Shown here: piece after piece, positions 1 to 9,744 of the stretch
How the letters are laid out: each line of letters begins with the position of its first letter
Numbering within the stretch: the stretch's first letter is position 1
Source: Candidatus Binatia bacterium
GTDB taxonomy: Bacteria > Desulfobacterota > Binatia > UBA9968 > JAJDTQ01
Length of the DNA: 64,000 bases
Direction of reading: 5' to 3'
Assembly (NCBI GenBank): GCA_963666515.2
Contig: OY762897.2
Span: forward strand, 928,001-992,000
Notes under the pieces: model-generated
What the model saw: only the letters and a program-made list of their open reading frames with translations
Told to the model about the DNA's origin: nothing
Database searches by the model: none
Made by a program: the position numbers and the translations under genes

Positions 1-136
1 GCAGCGTGGTCTTGCCGCAGCCGCTCTCGCCGATGATGACCAGGAACTCGCCCTGGTCCACCTCGATGTCGAAGCCGTCCACCGCGGTTACCGGACCAAA
101 ACGCTTGCCGATGTTGCGCAGAACGAGGTTCTTCAC
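1..136 (-). CDS. ABC transporter ATP-binding protein (5' part; runs off window edge)
   Basis: Manual translation from GTG at 136: MKNLVLRNIGKRFGPVTAVDGFDIEVDQGEFLVIIGESGCGKTTL, with Walker A motif GESGCGKT. Confidence 0.85.
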   Translation of the reverse strand, partial: MKNLVLRNIGKRFGPVTAVDGFDIEVDQGEFLVIIGESGCGKTTL

Positions 137-216
137 GCCGCCATGGTAAGGCAACGGCAGAGGCAATACAATCTTGACAAAGGAACGCGCTCTGGATCAC
201 TCCGAGGCGCCGCTAC

Positions 217-242
217 GTCATTCCGGGCTTGACCCGGAATCC
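217..242 (+). repeat. REP-like palindromic element (GTCATTCC type)
   Basis: GTCATTCCGGGCTTGACCCGGAATCC: TTCCGGG/CCCGGAA stem, intergenic; related pieces near 20085-20105 and 49116-49140. Confidence 0.55.
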
Positions 243-287
243 AGGGAAGGTGGGGCGGGCCGCTCGCGGCAGTTTGAAGCAAGATCC

Positions 288-2051
288 ATGCGAAAAACCA
301 AGGAGACGATCCAGCACCTGATCCGGGCCAGCATGGGCGAGGTCAAGGCCGACTTGGTGGTGACCGGCGGGCGTTTCGTCAACGTCTACAGCGGCGAGGT
401 GCTGGACGGCGTGGAGATGGCCGTGAGCGCGGGCCGGGTCTGCTACGTGGGGCCCAGCGCCGATCACACCCGCGGCGAGGAGACACGGGTCATCGACGCG
501 GGCGGGCGGTGGGTCGCGCCGGGGTTCATCGACGCTCACACCCACATCGGCCACTTCTGCCGTCCCTTCGAGCTGCTGCAGGCGTACGCGCCCCACGGCG
601 CCACCGCGCTCATGGCCTCCTGCGACGAGCACACGGTGGCCTTCGGCCTCGCCGGCATGGAGCTCTTCCTGGACGAAGTCGAATCGCATCCGGTCCGGGT
701 CTACGCCCTGATCTCCATGGCGGCGCCCCAGGACCCGCTGTTGTGCCGCACCGAATCGATGTCGGACACGGAGGTGGCCGAGATTCTGCGGGACCCCCGG
801 GTGCTGGGACTCGGCGAGGTGGTCTCCTGGCTCCGGCTGGTGCAGACAGATCCGGATCTCCTGGAACGCATCGGCATGACCCTGGACCAGGGGAAGATCG
901 TCCACGGCCACACCGCCGGCGCCCGGGACCGCCGGCTCAACGCCATCGCCGCGGCGTCCGTGTCGTCGTGCCACGAGCCCATCAACGGCGAGGACGCCCT
1001 GGCGCGGCTCCGGCTCGGCTACTGGACCATGCTGCGAGAGGGCTCCTTCCGGCAGGACCTGGAGGCGACCCTGAAGCCGCTCCTGGCCGCGGGCGTGGAC
1101 ACCGGCCGGTTGATCCTGGTCACCGACGGCATGGCTCCCGACGACGTGGCCGCGCACGGCCACATGGACCACGTGGTCCGCCGCGCCGTGGAGTGCGGCC
1201 TGAGCCCCGTGCGCGCCATCCAGGCCGCCACGCTGCATCCGGCGACATACTCGGGCCTCGATCAGGACATCGGCGGTCTGGCGCCGGGGCGGTTCGCCGA
1301 CTTCGTGCTGCTGGACGACCTGGAGACCGTGCGGGTGGGCGCCACCTTCATCGGCGGCGAGCTGGCGGCCGAGCACGGCGAGTCCAGGGTGGACGCGGTC
1401 CCGCCGCCGTTTCCGGACGGCATGGGGCTCAAGACCGCCTTCCGCCTGCCGGTGTCCGCGGACGACATGAGGATCCGCTGTGAGACCTCCCGCGCGCGCA
1501 TCCGGGTGATGGACCTCGTCAACCAGACCATCACGCGGGAACGGATCGTCGAGGTGGCCTGCGCCGGCGGGGTGATTCCAGCGGACGTCGAGAACGACCT
1601 CCTCAAGGTCGCCGTGTTCGACCGCCAGGACGGTTTCAGCCCCGCCTTCGGCTTCGTCCGGGGCCTGGGCGCTGACATCGGCGCCGTGGGCACCACCGTC
1701 AACCTCGACGAGTACACGTTGCTGGTGGCGGGCTCCAGCGACTACGACATGGCCCACTGCGCCAACCTGCTGCTGGAGTCCGGCGGCGGCGTCGCCCTGG
1801 TGGACAAGGGGCAAGTCCTCCAGGAGATCCCGTTTCCCATCGGCGGCCTCTTCTCCCTGGAGCCCTGGCGCGACGTCGGCGAAAGGCTCGCCGCCGTGCA
1901 GCGGACCCTGAGAGATCGCGGCAGCGCCTTCCCGAAGCCCCTCTACGCCCTCTGCTTCCTGACCTTCGTCACCCTCCCGGAACTCCGCATCACCGGCCGC
2001 GGCCTGGTGCGGGCCAAGGAGCGGCGCATCGTGCCGCTGCTGGCGGAGTGA
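288..2051 (+). CDS. ade: Adenine deaminase-family amidohydrolase
   Basis: N-terminal ADLVVTGGRFVNVYSGE, DAHTH, GLGEV, HGHTAG, SSCHE, LREGS, LVTD, GGLAPGRFAD; Ade C-terminal LPELRITGRGL. Confidence 0.8.
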   Translation: MRKTKETIQHLIRASMGEVKADLVVTGGRFVNVYSGEVLDGVEMAVSAGRVCYVGPSADHTRGEETRVIDAGGRWVAPGFIDAHTHIGHFCRPFELLQAYAPHGATALMASCDEHTVAFGLAGMELFLDEVESHPVRVYALISMAAPQDPLLCRTESMSDTEVAEILRDPRVLGLGEVVSWLRLVQTDPDLLERIGMTLDQGKIVHGHTAGARDRRLNAIAAASVSSCHEPINGEDALARLRLGYWTMLREGSFRQDLEATLKPLLAAGVDTGRLILVTDGMAPDDVAAHGHMDHVVRRAVECGLSPVRAIQAATLHPATYSGLDQDIGGLAPGRFADFVLLDDLETVRVGATFIGGELAAEHGESRVDAVPPPFPDGMGLKTAFRLPVSADDMRIRCETSRARIRVMDLVNQTITRERIVEVACAGGVIPADVENDLLKVAVFDRQDGFSPAFGFVRGLGADIGAVGTTVNLDEYTLLVAGSSDYDMAHCANLLLESGGGVALVDKGQVLQEIPFPIGGLFSLEPWRDVGERLAAVQRTLRDRGSAFPKPLYALCFLTFVTLPELRITGRGLVRAKERRIVPLLAE

Positions 2052-2054
2052 CGG

Positions 2055-3989
2055 TCACCTGGACAACTCAAGGGTTCCCCGCAGGCCGGCGAAGAATCCG
2101 ATGCCCGTGGTGTGATAGCCGGGCACTTCCTCGTAGTCCGTGTCGAACAGGTTGTCGACCCGTCCGAAGAGCTCGATTCGTTCGGTTACCTTGTAGGCTG
2201 CCGCGAGGTTGACCAGCGTGAAGTCGTCCAGCATCACCGGATTGGCCTTCCGGTTGAGCTGTTTGCCGTTGTAGTCGATGCCGAGGTCGACGCTGGCCTT
2301 GCCGTCGAGGAAGGCGTAGCCGAAGTTGAGGCTGGCCACGTGCTCGGCCCGGCGCGGAAGCAGCTCGCCGTCCGGGTCCTTGGCGTCGGTGTAGGTGTAC
2401 TGGGCCGAGAGGCTCATTCCCTTCGCCGGGCGCGCCGTCGCGGTGAACTCCAGGCCGCTGATCTTCGATGTCCCGTCCAGGTTGTCGTAGAAGTCGTCGT
2501 CGCCGGTTCCGGGGTTTTGCCAGTCGTAGGGGGTGCCGGCGTCGTTCCAGTAGATCAGGTTCGTCGGGCGGTTGTTGAACCAGGTCATGTCCAGGGAGAG
2601 CCGGCCTTCGAGCAGGCTTTGCTCGATGCCGATGTCCCAACCCTTGCTCTCCTCGGGTTCCACGTCGGGATTCGGGCCCACACGGCCGAACTGCTGGAAC
2701 AGTTGCGACAGGGTGGGGTTCTTGACCCCGGTGCCGTAGCTGCCGTGGAACCGTGTTCCGCTTCCGTCCAGCACGTAGGCGGCCGTGACTCGGAACGTCG
2801 TGGTATCGTCGAAGCGCTCGTTGTCGTCGTGACGCACGCTGCCCGAGAGAAAGAGCCGGTCCGAAAACCCGACTTGATATTCGGCGGAGTAGCCGTGGCT
2901 CGCGACCTCGGAGGACGCCCCGCCCGAGGTCTGGGAGTCCGTTTCCCGCTCGGCGACGAAGGTCACGGCATGTGTCGCGTCGGCCGCCGCCGGCGTCTCG
3001 AAGAAGTAGTTGGTCTCATAGTCAAAGCGTGACTTCCGACCGTCGTATTCGCTGGTTCCCCAACTGCTGACCACGGTGCGCCGCTTCCGGTGCATGGCGG
3101 CGCCGACGGCATGCCGCCAGTCCCCGTCCAGCAGGCTGTAGCTCAATCGGGTCCGTCCCATGGCATGGTCCGAGCCGGTGCGGTCGTCGTTGTCTCTCGG
3201 CACGTTGTCGGTTTCCACGTTTCCCTTGACGTAGCGGCCAAACAACCGGAACTCGAGATTCTCCCCTGGCCGCAGGCCGAGCTTCGCGCTGTAGGTCTGA
3301 TTCCGGTACCCGTCCTTCTCGTTTCCCGCGGCGATGGATATCCCGGAGGTCCTGAAGGCGGCCGCGTTCAGGGAGAAATCGTGGCCGTCGCCTCCGCCAC
3401 GAACGCCTGCCGACACGTTCCCGGTTCCGAACGAACCGCCCTCCACGCTCAGGCTCGCCGTCGCCGGGCCGCGCCCTTTTTTCGTGACGATGTTGACGAC
3501 GCCGCCGATGGCGTCGCTGCCATAGATTCCGCTCTGCGGCCCCCGGAGCACCTCGATGCGCTCGATGTCCGCGGCCAGCAGATCGGCGAAGTTGAAGACG
3601 GCGCCGCTGCTGCTCGGGTCGTTGACCTTCACGCCGTCGATGATGACCAGTGTGTGCCCGTGTTCGGTGCCGCGCAGACGCACCGCCGTCAACGTCCCCG
3701 CCGTGCCGGAAAGATGCACCGCGACCCCCGGAACCTCCCGCAGCAGGTCGGATACGACCCGTACCTGCTTGCGTTCGATCTCTTCCGCGGTGATGACCGT
3801 GACCGAGCTGCCGACGGCTTGGGCCTGCAGCGGCACGCGGCTCGCCGAGACCACGATCTCGGGGAGCTGCTCGATGTTGCCACCGGCGACCGAAGTCTCG
3901 GAAGGTTGGTCAGAGGACGTCTGGGCCGCGCCCGGCTGAACCGTGAAAAAGATGAGAAGGGCGATGACACCCGCAATCGGAAACTTCAT
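2055..3989 (-). CDS. btuB: TonB-dependent cobalamin receptor
   Basis: Signal peptide, TonB box EIVVSASR, plug motif IERIEVLRGPQSGIYGSDAIGGVVNIVTK, barrel C-terminus; lies downstream of a cobalamin riboswitch. Confidence 0.85.
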   Translation of the reverse strand: MKFPIAGVIALLIFFTVQPGAAQTSSDQPSETSVAGGNIEQLPEIVVSASRVPLQAQAVGSSVTVITAEEIERKQVRVVSDLLREVPGVAVHLSGTAGTLTAVRLRGTEHGHTLVIIDGVKVNDPSSSGAVFNFADLLAADIERIEVLRGPQSGIYGSDAIGGVVNIVTKKGRGPATASLSVEGGSFGTGNVSAGVRGGGDGHDFSLNAAAFRTSGISIAAGNEKDGYRNQTYSAKLGLRPGENLEFRLFGRYVKGNVETDNVPRDNDDRTGSDHAMGRTRLSYSLLDGDWRHAVGAAMHRKRRTVVSSWGTSEYDGRKSRFDYETNYFFETPAAADATHAVTFVAERETDSQTSGGASSEVASHGYSAEYQVGFSDRLFLSGSVRHDDNERFDDTTTFRVTAAYVLDGSGTRFHGSYGTGVKNPTLSQLFQQFGRVGPNPDVEPEESKGWDIGIEQSLLEGRLSLDMTWFNNRPTNLIYWNDAGTPYDWQNPGTGDDDFYDNLDGTSKISGLEFTATARPAKGMSLSAQYTYTDAKDPDGELLPRRAEHVASLNFGYAFLDGKASVDLGIDYNGKQLNRKANPVMLDDFTLVNLAAAYKVTERIELFGRVDNLFDTDYEEVPGYHTTGIGFFAGLRGTLELSR

Positions 3990-4855
3990 GGCAATCTTCC
4001 TTTCCCGCGAAGGCGCTTGTCCTCCTCGAGCTTGAACGCCACCGGGATACGGACCCAGCTCGCCACGGCGTCGATGCCGCGGCGCGCGGGATGGAACTTC
4101 CAGCTTCGGACCGCCTTCATCGCAGCGGCGTCGAGAATCTCGAAGCCAGAGGTCCGGTCCACCGCGACGTGTTCCGGGGCGCCCGCGGGGTCCACCCGCA
4201 CCCTGAGCACCGTGGTGCCCTGCCATCCTGCCCGGCGCGCCTTTCCGGGATACCGGGGGGGCGCAGTCCGCGCATAACGGGCCGGACTGAAGCCGGCGCC
4301 GGTCCCGGGGCGACGATCGGGGGATGTCTTGTTCGCAAGGCCGCGGGAGAGATGCTCATTCGTCACCGCGCCGTCGTTCCCGCCGGTCTCGCCAGTCGGC
4401 TTCCGCGCCGGAACGGTGGCGTCTGCGGCGCGGGCCGCCTCCGCGGACTTTGCCGGCGCTGCCGGTTCCGGCGGCCGCGCCGGTTCGGGCCGGGGCCGTT
4501 TCGGCCGCATCTTCGCCGCCGGTCGCGTCCGGGCGGGCGTCGGGGCCACTCGTTTAGCGGCCTCGGGCGCCGTCTTCGCGACCTGGATCACGGACCGGGC
4601 CGGAGCCTGCGGCTGCTTGGGTTTCGGACGTGTTTCCGCAGCCTTGGCCAGCGGGGCCGCGTTGGATGTTTTGGCCTGAGCGGGTCGTCGCGAAGCCCGC
4701 TTCGGAGCCTCGGACATGGGCGCATACATTAGCTCCACTCGTACGGGTTGAAGGGTGTCCTCTCCCGCGTCGCCGGCGCTCATGGGGAAGGGCATCCACA
4801 GGAGCGCGCCGTGGAACAGCGTCGAGCCCAGCAGGGAATAGAGAAGGCGGCGCAC
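3986..4855 (-). CDS. tonB: Energy transducer TonB
   Basis: N-terminal TM with SxxxH, Pro/Lys/Ala-rich linker, C-terminal PRYPGKARRAGWQGTTVLRV...LDAAAMKAVRSWKF; ATGA overlap with btuB. Confidence 0.9.
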   Translation of the reverse strand: MRRLLYSLLGSTLFHGALLWMPFPMSAGDAGEDTLQPVRVELMYAPMSEAPKRASRRPAQAKTSNAAPLAKAAETRPKPKQPQAPARSVIQVAKTAPEAAKRVAPTPARTRPAAKMRPKRPRPEPARPPEPAAPAKSAEAARAADATVPARKPTGETGGNDGAVTNEHLSRGLANKTSPDRRPGTGAGFSPARYARTAPPRYPGKARRAGWQGTTVLRVRVDPAGAPEHVAVDRTSGFEILDAAAMKAVRSWKFHPARRGIDAVASWVRIPVAFKLEEDKRLRGKGRLP

Positions 4856-4979
4856 GTCGGTCTCGTCATCCGGCGGCGGTCAGGGCCGTCTCGACCGGAC
4901 GGATGCGGGAACGAGCGCGTCTATTGTGGCGATTACGAATGGCGAGACCTCCTCTCTCCTCGGAGAGCATGGTTGCTTT

Positions 4980-5150
4980 CGGTCCTCAGGTAGGTCTCCT
5001 GGCTCATGGGCTGGCCGCTCGGGCCGCCTTGCCGCCTTCCCATTCCCGGATGGGGAACAGTGGCACGCTGGCAAGGGTTCCCACTTACAGTGGCGGGACC
5101 GCACCGGATTTCAACCGGTTTCCCTTTTATCCCGTGAGGGACCTGAGGAC
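4980..5150 (-). promoter_or_regulatory. Cobalamin riboswitch
   Basis: Minus strand: AAAAGGGAAACCGGTTGAAATCCGGTGCGGTCCCGCCACTGTAA...GCCACTG...GGGAAGGC...GAGCCAGGAGACCTACC (B12 box), directly upstream of tonB-btuB. Confidence 0.95.
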
Positions 5151-5245
5151 CGGGCGGCCGGAAGGGCCGCCCGTGGCGAATGTAGTTAGCTTTACGGGGA
5201 GACCTTGTCAAGCCGGCAAGGCCTCCCCGCGGGAAGGACGCCGGC

Positions 5246-6184
5246 TTACAGCGCCGACTTGATGTCCTCGATGTAGTCCTTGAACCCGTCCTCCACGCTG
5301 TACTCGGGTTCCCAGCCGAGGACGTCCCTGGCCCGGGTGATGACCATGGGCTGCTTGGACGAGCGCGGCGGCTTGCCGGGGATGATTTCCACCTCCAGTT
5401 TCGGCAGCAGCCCCTGGACCATGTCCACCAGGTCGTCGAACTTGATGACCATGCCGGTGCCGATGTTGAAGGTGGTCTCCGCGGGGGCCGGAACGGTGGC
5501 CGCCAACTCGATGGCCCGGCCCACGTCCTTGAAGTAGACGTACTCGAAGTCCCGGGTGGATTCCTGCGGGATGTTGGCGACGCCGCCCTTGATGCCGGCC
5601 TCCACCAGGCTCTGGAGCATCTCGCCGCCGGCGGAGCCGCCGGCGAAGTGGCCGAAGCCGAACACGTTGGCCAGCCGCAGCACGATCAGCTCGAAGCCGT
5701 AGAGCCGCTGGTAGGCCTCCACCATCAGCTCCTTGGCCACCTTGGAGTTGCCGTAGGCGTTGCCGTCGCCGCGGTTGAAACCTTCGCCGATGGGTTCGTC
5801 GCCCTCCATGCGGCGGTTGTACACCCCCATGGTGCTGATCTGGAGCAGCCGCTTGACGCCGGCGAGGCGCACCGCTTCGGCCACGTTGACCGTGCCCATG
5901 ACGTTGATCTGAAGGCCGCTGTAGACCGGATTGGCCACCGCGCCGCCGATGAGGCCGGCGGTGTGCAGCACGGTCTCCACCTTGTGGGTCTGCATGGCGT
6001 CGATGAGCGCCGGCAGGTCGCGGATGTCCCCCTTGATGACGGTGACGTCCGTCTTGCCCAGCTTCCGTTCCAGGAAGTCCATCCGGGGCGCCATGTCGAA
6101 AAACACGATCTTCTCGCCCCGCTGGAGGGCGCGCTGCGCGAAGGCGGTGCCCACGAGGCCGACGCCGGTAATCAAAGTACTCAT
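5246..6184 (-). CDS. NAD-dependent epimerase/dehydratase (extended SDR)
   Basis: LITGVGLVG Rossmann motif, HTAG, YGNSK (YxxxK), RDFEYV. Confidence 0.85.
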   Translation of the reverse strand: MSTLITGVGLVGTAFAQRALQRGEKIVFFDMAPRMDFLERKLGKTDVTVIKGDIRDLPALIDAMQTHKVETVLHTAGLIGGAVANPVYSGLQINVMGTVNVAEAVRLAGVKRLLQISTMGVYNRRMEGDEPIGEGFNRGDGNAYGNSKVAKELMVEAYQRLYGFELIVLRLANVFGFGHFAGGSAGGEMLQSLVEAGIKGGVANIPQESTRDFEYVYFKDVGRAIELAATVPAPAETTFNIGTGMVIKFDDLVDMVQGLLPKLEVEIIPGKPPRSSKQPMVITRARDVLGWEPEYSVEDGFKDYIEDIKSAL

Positions 6185-6284
6185 TATGACTCCCTTCTCA
6201 ATTGTCTGGATGTCCAAGTTACGTGCAACAACCCCCGCGAAGTGTCAAGGCGCCGCGTCTCGCGGTCCGTGTCCGTGCACCGCG

Positions 6285-7058
6285 TCAGGCCGGCCCGCTC
6301 ACCGCCACCACCCAGCCGTCCTCGACGCGGCGCACCGCGGCGCGCACTCCGTAAACCTCGGCCATGCGTTCCGGCGTCAGCGTTTCCTCGGGCGTTCCGT
6401 CCGCGACGATGCGCCCCCCGGAGATCCAGGCCAAGCGGTCCGCGAAGCGCGCGGCCAGCGCAGCCTCGTGCAGCACCACCAGCGCACAGTTGCCGGCGTC
6501 CGCGTATGCGCGGAGCAGGCGCATCACCTGGTATTGGTGGAGCGGGTCCAGCGCTTCGGTGGGCTCATCGACCAGCAGGAGCGGCGTTTCCGCGGCCATG
6601 GCCCGAGCCAGGTGGACGCGGGAGAGTTCCCCGCCGGAGAGGGTGTCGCACCGGCGCTCGGCCAGGGCGACCAGATCACAGGCGGACAGCGTGCGTTCCA
6701 CCGTCGCCGCATCTTCGCCGCCGAGCCGTCCGGGTGAAGCGCCGTGGGCGAAACGTCCCAGGGCCACGACGTCACGCACCCGGACGGGCCACGCCAACGG
6801 CCGCGACTGCGGGAGATAGGCGATGCGCCGGGCGCGTTCGGCCGCGGGCAGACTCACCGGGTCGTCGCCGCCGGCGGTGACGCTGCCTCCGTCGCGCTTC
6901 ACCAGCCCCAGGACGGCTCGAAGCAGCACCGTCTTGCCGGCGCCGTTGGGCCCGAGCAAGACGACCATCTCGCCCGGCGCTGCCTGCAGCGACACGTCTT
7001 GCAGCACGGCACGCCGCGCGAGCGTCACGCCGATTTCGTGGATCGACAACTCAGCCAC
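6285..7058 (-). CDS. btuD: Cobalamin/iron-chelate ABC transporter ATPase (BtuD-like)
   Basis: GPNGAGKT, LSGGE, LLLVDEPT; operon with btuC/btuF-like genes. Confidence 0.8.
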   Translation of the reverse strand: MAELSIHEIGVTLARRAVLQDVSLQAAPGEMVVLLGPNGAGKTVLLRAVLGLVKRDGGSVTAGGDDPVSLPAAERARRIAYLPQSRPLAWPVRVRDVVALGRFAHGASPGRLGGEDAATVERTLSACDLVALAERRCDTLSGGELSRVHLARAMAAETPLLLVDEPTEALDPLHQYQVMRLLRAYADAGNCALVVLHEAALAARFADRLAWISGGRIVADGTPEETLTPERMAEVYGVRAAVRRVEDGWVVAVSGPA

Positions 7059-8040
7059 TGGGTACCCGCCTCGCGGCGACGATCCATATGAAGACCGGCG
7101 CTCCCAGCAGGGCCGCCACCACGCCGAGCTTGAGCTCCGTGTCGGTAGGGGCCACCCTCACACCGATGTCCGCCAGCACGAGAATGAGCCCCGCCAGCAA
7201 AGCTGACGGCGCCAGCGTGCGCGCCGGGTCGTGGTTCACCAGGGGCCGCACCAGGTGGGGCGCGACGATGCCGACGAAGCCGATGGCTCCCGCAATGGCC
7301 ACCGCGGCACCGGTGGCCAGCCCCGCTCCCAGCACCACGAGCCGCCGGGTCCGGGGCAGGTCGAGCCCTACGCCCGCCGCGGCTTCCTCGCCCAGGGTCA
7401 GCGCCGAAAGGCCGCGCCGTCCGGCGAAAAGGATCACGAGGCCCGCCGCCAGGAAGGGCGCAGTGGGCGCGAGGTCGGCGAAGCTCCGGTTGGCCACGGT
7501 GCCCAGCATCCAGTTGAGCATGTCGGACAGGGAGAACGGGTGCGGCGCCAAGTTCATCAGCAGGGCCGTCAGCGCCCCGGCGAAGCTCGACAGCCCGACC
7601 CCCACCAGGATCAGCGTAATCACCGAGCCCACGCGCGGCGCCGCCGCCGTCAACAGGACGGTGGCGGCCAGGGCGCCCACTATGGCGGCCATGGGCAGCG
7701 CCAGGGCGCCGGCGCTCGCAAGACCGTAGTAGATGACGAAGGTGGCGCCGAGTGCGGCGGTGGCGGAAACGCCGAGAACGCCGGGTTCGGCCAGCGGGTT
7801 GCGCAGAAGGCCTTGCAAGGCCGCGCCCGAGGCCCCCAGGGCCGCGCCCACCGCGAACGCCGCCACCGCCCGCGGCAAGCGGATCTCCCACACCACCACG
7901 CGGTCGCCGGCCGATGCGCCACCCGCCAGCGCACTCAGGACGCGTTCGACGCCCAGGGGAGTGGACCCCACCAGGCAAGCCGCTGCCAAGGCCAGGAGGG
8001 TGACGCCCGTCAGCGCCATGAGCAGGCTGCGATCGCTCAC
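7051..8040 (-). CDS. btuC: FecCD/BtuC-family ABC permease
   Basis: EIRLPR, LQGLLRNPLAEPGVLGVS, GAIGFVGIVAPH. Confidence 0.85.
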   Translation of the reverse strand: MSDRSLLMALTGVTLLALAAACLVGSTPLGVERVLSALAGGASAGDRVVVWEIRLPRAVAAFAVGAALGASGAALQGLLRNPLAEPGVLGVSATAALGATFVIYYGLASAGALALPMAAIVGALAATVLLTAAAPRVGSVITLILVGVGLSSFAGALTALLMNLAPHPFSLSDMLNWMLGTVANRSFADLAPTAPFLAAGLVILFAGRRGLSALTLGEEAAAGVGLDLPRTRRLVVLGAGLATGAAVAIAGAIGFVGIVAPHLVRPLVNHDPARTLAPSALLAGLILVLADIGVRVAPTDTELKLGVVAALLGAPVFIWIVAARRVPSG

Positions 8041-8921
8041 GGCGTTGCCTGGGGGAGCTTGTCGTGAAGGGCCGCCAAGGCTGCCACCGCATCGGCCAGG
8101 AACCACGCCCCGCACGAGGTGGTGGCGCCGTCGATGACCGCGGCCGGGACCGACCGCGCGGCGCGCCGGACGACGGGGTGGCGGAACGAGGTCCAGGCGT
8201 CGTCGTGACTCGTTCCCTCCCCAAAGGCGGCCTTGGCGACCATGTCGGGGTTCTCGTAGGCCAGACGCTCAAGCGGAATCGGCCGCCACCCGGCCCGCGA
8301 CTGGAAGTTGTCGAGCCCCGCGGCCGCGAACAGGTCGTCCACCAGGGTGCCGGGCCCGGCCGTGTAGCCGGCCGGCGTCATGTACAGCGCCCGGGTGCCG
8401 GGTGCATGGACTCGCGCCGCCCGGAGCCGCGCGTCCATGCCGGCGATCAACGTTTCACCGCGTTCCGGCGCACCGAGCCCTCGGGCCGCGTGCCGGATCA
8501 CCGCCCGCGCGCCGTCGATGTCATCGGCGAACCCGATTTGCAGCACCGGCACTCCCGCCCGCTCGAAGAACGCCCGGGCGTTGGGTCCGCCGCCATAAGA
8601 ACGGACCACCAGATCCGGCCGCAGCGCCAGCACGTCCTCCGCGCGGGGGCGCACCGCCGGCAGCCCGGCAGCGGCCGCGCGCATGTAGGAGAACGCCGCG
8701 CCTGCGTCCGGCGACACCGCCACGATGTCCCGGCGCTCGGCGAGCCCCAGCACGAACTGGTCGGCGCAATAGTCCAGGCTCACGATGCGGCGGGCAGTGG
8801 AGCGGTCAGGTCGCGGCTCCGTGCATGCAGCCAGGAGAATGCAGACGGCCAGCGCCACCGTGACGGGCTTCGCCACCAAGGCCAAACGCTCCCGCAGCCG
8901 TCGGGTCTGGCGCGGCGTCAA
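8037..8921 (-). CDS. btuF: Cobalamin-binding periplasmic lipoprotein (BtuF-like)
   Basis: Lipobox LAAC, RIVSLDYCADQ, EDVLALRPDLVV, TAGPGTLVDDLFAAAGLDN. Confidence 0.8.
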   Translation of the reverse strand: MTPRQTRRLRERLALVAKPVTVALAVCILLAACTEPRPDRSTARRIVSLDYCADQFVLGLAERRDIVAVSPDAGAAFSYMRAAAAGLPAVRPRAEDVLALRPDLVVRSYGGGPNARAFFERAGVPVLQIGFADDIDGARAVIRHAARGLGAPERGETLIAGMDARLRAARVHAPGTRALYMTPAGYTAGPGTLVDDLFAAAGLDNFQSRAGWRPIPLERLAYENPDMVAKAAFGEGTSHDDAWTSFRHPVVRRAARSVPAAVIDGATTSCGAWFLADAVAALAALHDKLPQATP

Positions 8922-9029
8922 CTCATCCCCTTTCCTGCTCTAAATTTTCTTCGGCCGGTGCCGAAAGACGATTATGTAGGGGTGGAACCTACGCCGGGCA
9001 ATGACCGTCGTCAAGCCGATACAGATGGC

Positions 9030-9058
9030 TTGACATTGTGTATCCCACAGGATACAAA
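9030..9058 (+). promoter_or_regulatory. Sigma70-like promoter with overlapping inverted-repeat operator of the TA locus
   Basis: TTGACA (9030-9035), 17-bp spacer, TACAAA; inverted repeat TGTATCC-CACA-GGATACA (9039-9056). Confidence 0.6.
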
Positions 9059-9069
9059 TGGAGGACTTG

Positions 9070-9365
9070 GTGGCTACCGTACACCGGACCCAGGAGTTCA
9101 CCAAGTGGTTCGAGAATCTACGTGACACCCGAGCCAAGGCGCGAATCAATCTTCGAATCAGACGGTTGTCACTTGGTAACCCCGGGATGCCCGGGCAGTG
9201 GGCGAAGGTGTTTCGGAACTGCGTGTCGACTACGGGCCGGGCTATCGAGTGTACTTTGTGCGTCGAGAGTCCGCTTCGGTCGTTCTCCTCAATGGCGGGG
9301 ACAAGGGTACCCAAGTACGGGACATCGCCAGAGCCCGCGCGTTGGCACGGAGCCTTCGAACGTAA
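9070..9365 (+). pseudogene. RelE/ParE-family addiction-module toxin, frameshifted
   Basis: ...FTKWFENLRDTRAKARINLRIRRLSLGNPG continues in the -1 frame from 9186 as DARAVGEGVSELRVDYGPGYRVYF...LLNGGDKGTQVRDIARARALA to TAA 9363-9365. Confidence 0.85.
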
Positions 9366-9375
9366 GGAGACCATC

Positions 9376-9699
9376 ATGACTGATACGCAACCATGGGATG
9401 CGGCGGACTACCTGGAAGAAGAGGAAGACATCGTCGCCTACCTCGAAGCAGCTTTCGAGGACGGCGATCCACAACTCATCACCGCCGCGCTTGGCGACAT
9501 CGCGAGGTCTCGGGGCATGACGAAGGTCGCATCGAAGACGGGCTTGGGTCGCGAGAGCCTCTACAAGGCGTTGTCACGCGACGGCAACCCCGCTTTGGCT
9601 ACCGTGCTCAAGGTGATACAAGCGCTGGGCCTTCAGCTTCGCGTGACGAGCCTGCATTCGAAGACGACACCGCCGATGGCGGGTGACGGTTTCGGTTGA
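9376..9699 (+). CDS. Addiction-module antidote protein (HTH)
   Basis: WDAADYLE...YLEAAFEDGDPQLITAALGDIARSRGMTKVA...GRESLYKALS..GNP; RBS AAGGAG. Confidence 0.9.
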   Translation: MTDTQPWDAADYLEEEEDIVAYLEAAFEDGDPQLITAALGDIARSRGMTKVASKTGLGRESLYKALSRDGNPALATVLKVIQALGLQLRVTSLHSKTTPPMAGDGFG

Positions 9700-9744
9700 C
9701 GTCGGTTTGTCGAGTCTGCGAACATCGGGTAGACTCGCCGCACC

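Noticed and set aside
9058-9699. 213-aa ORF as a genuine natural toxin-antitoxin fusion gene
   Set aside because: The middle segment is out-of-frame toxin sequence; better explained by a 1-bp deletion
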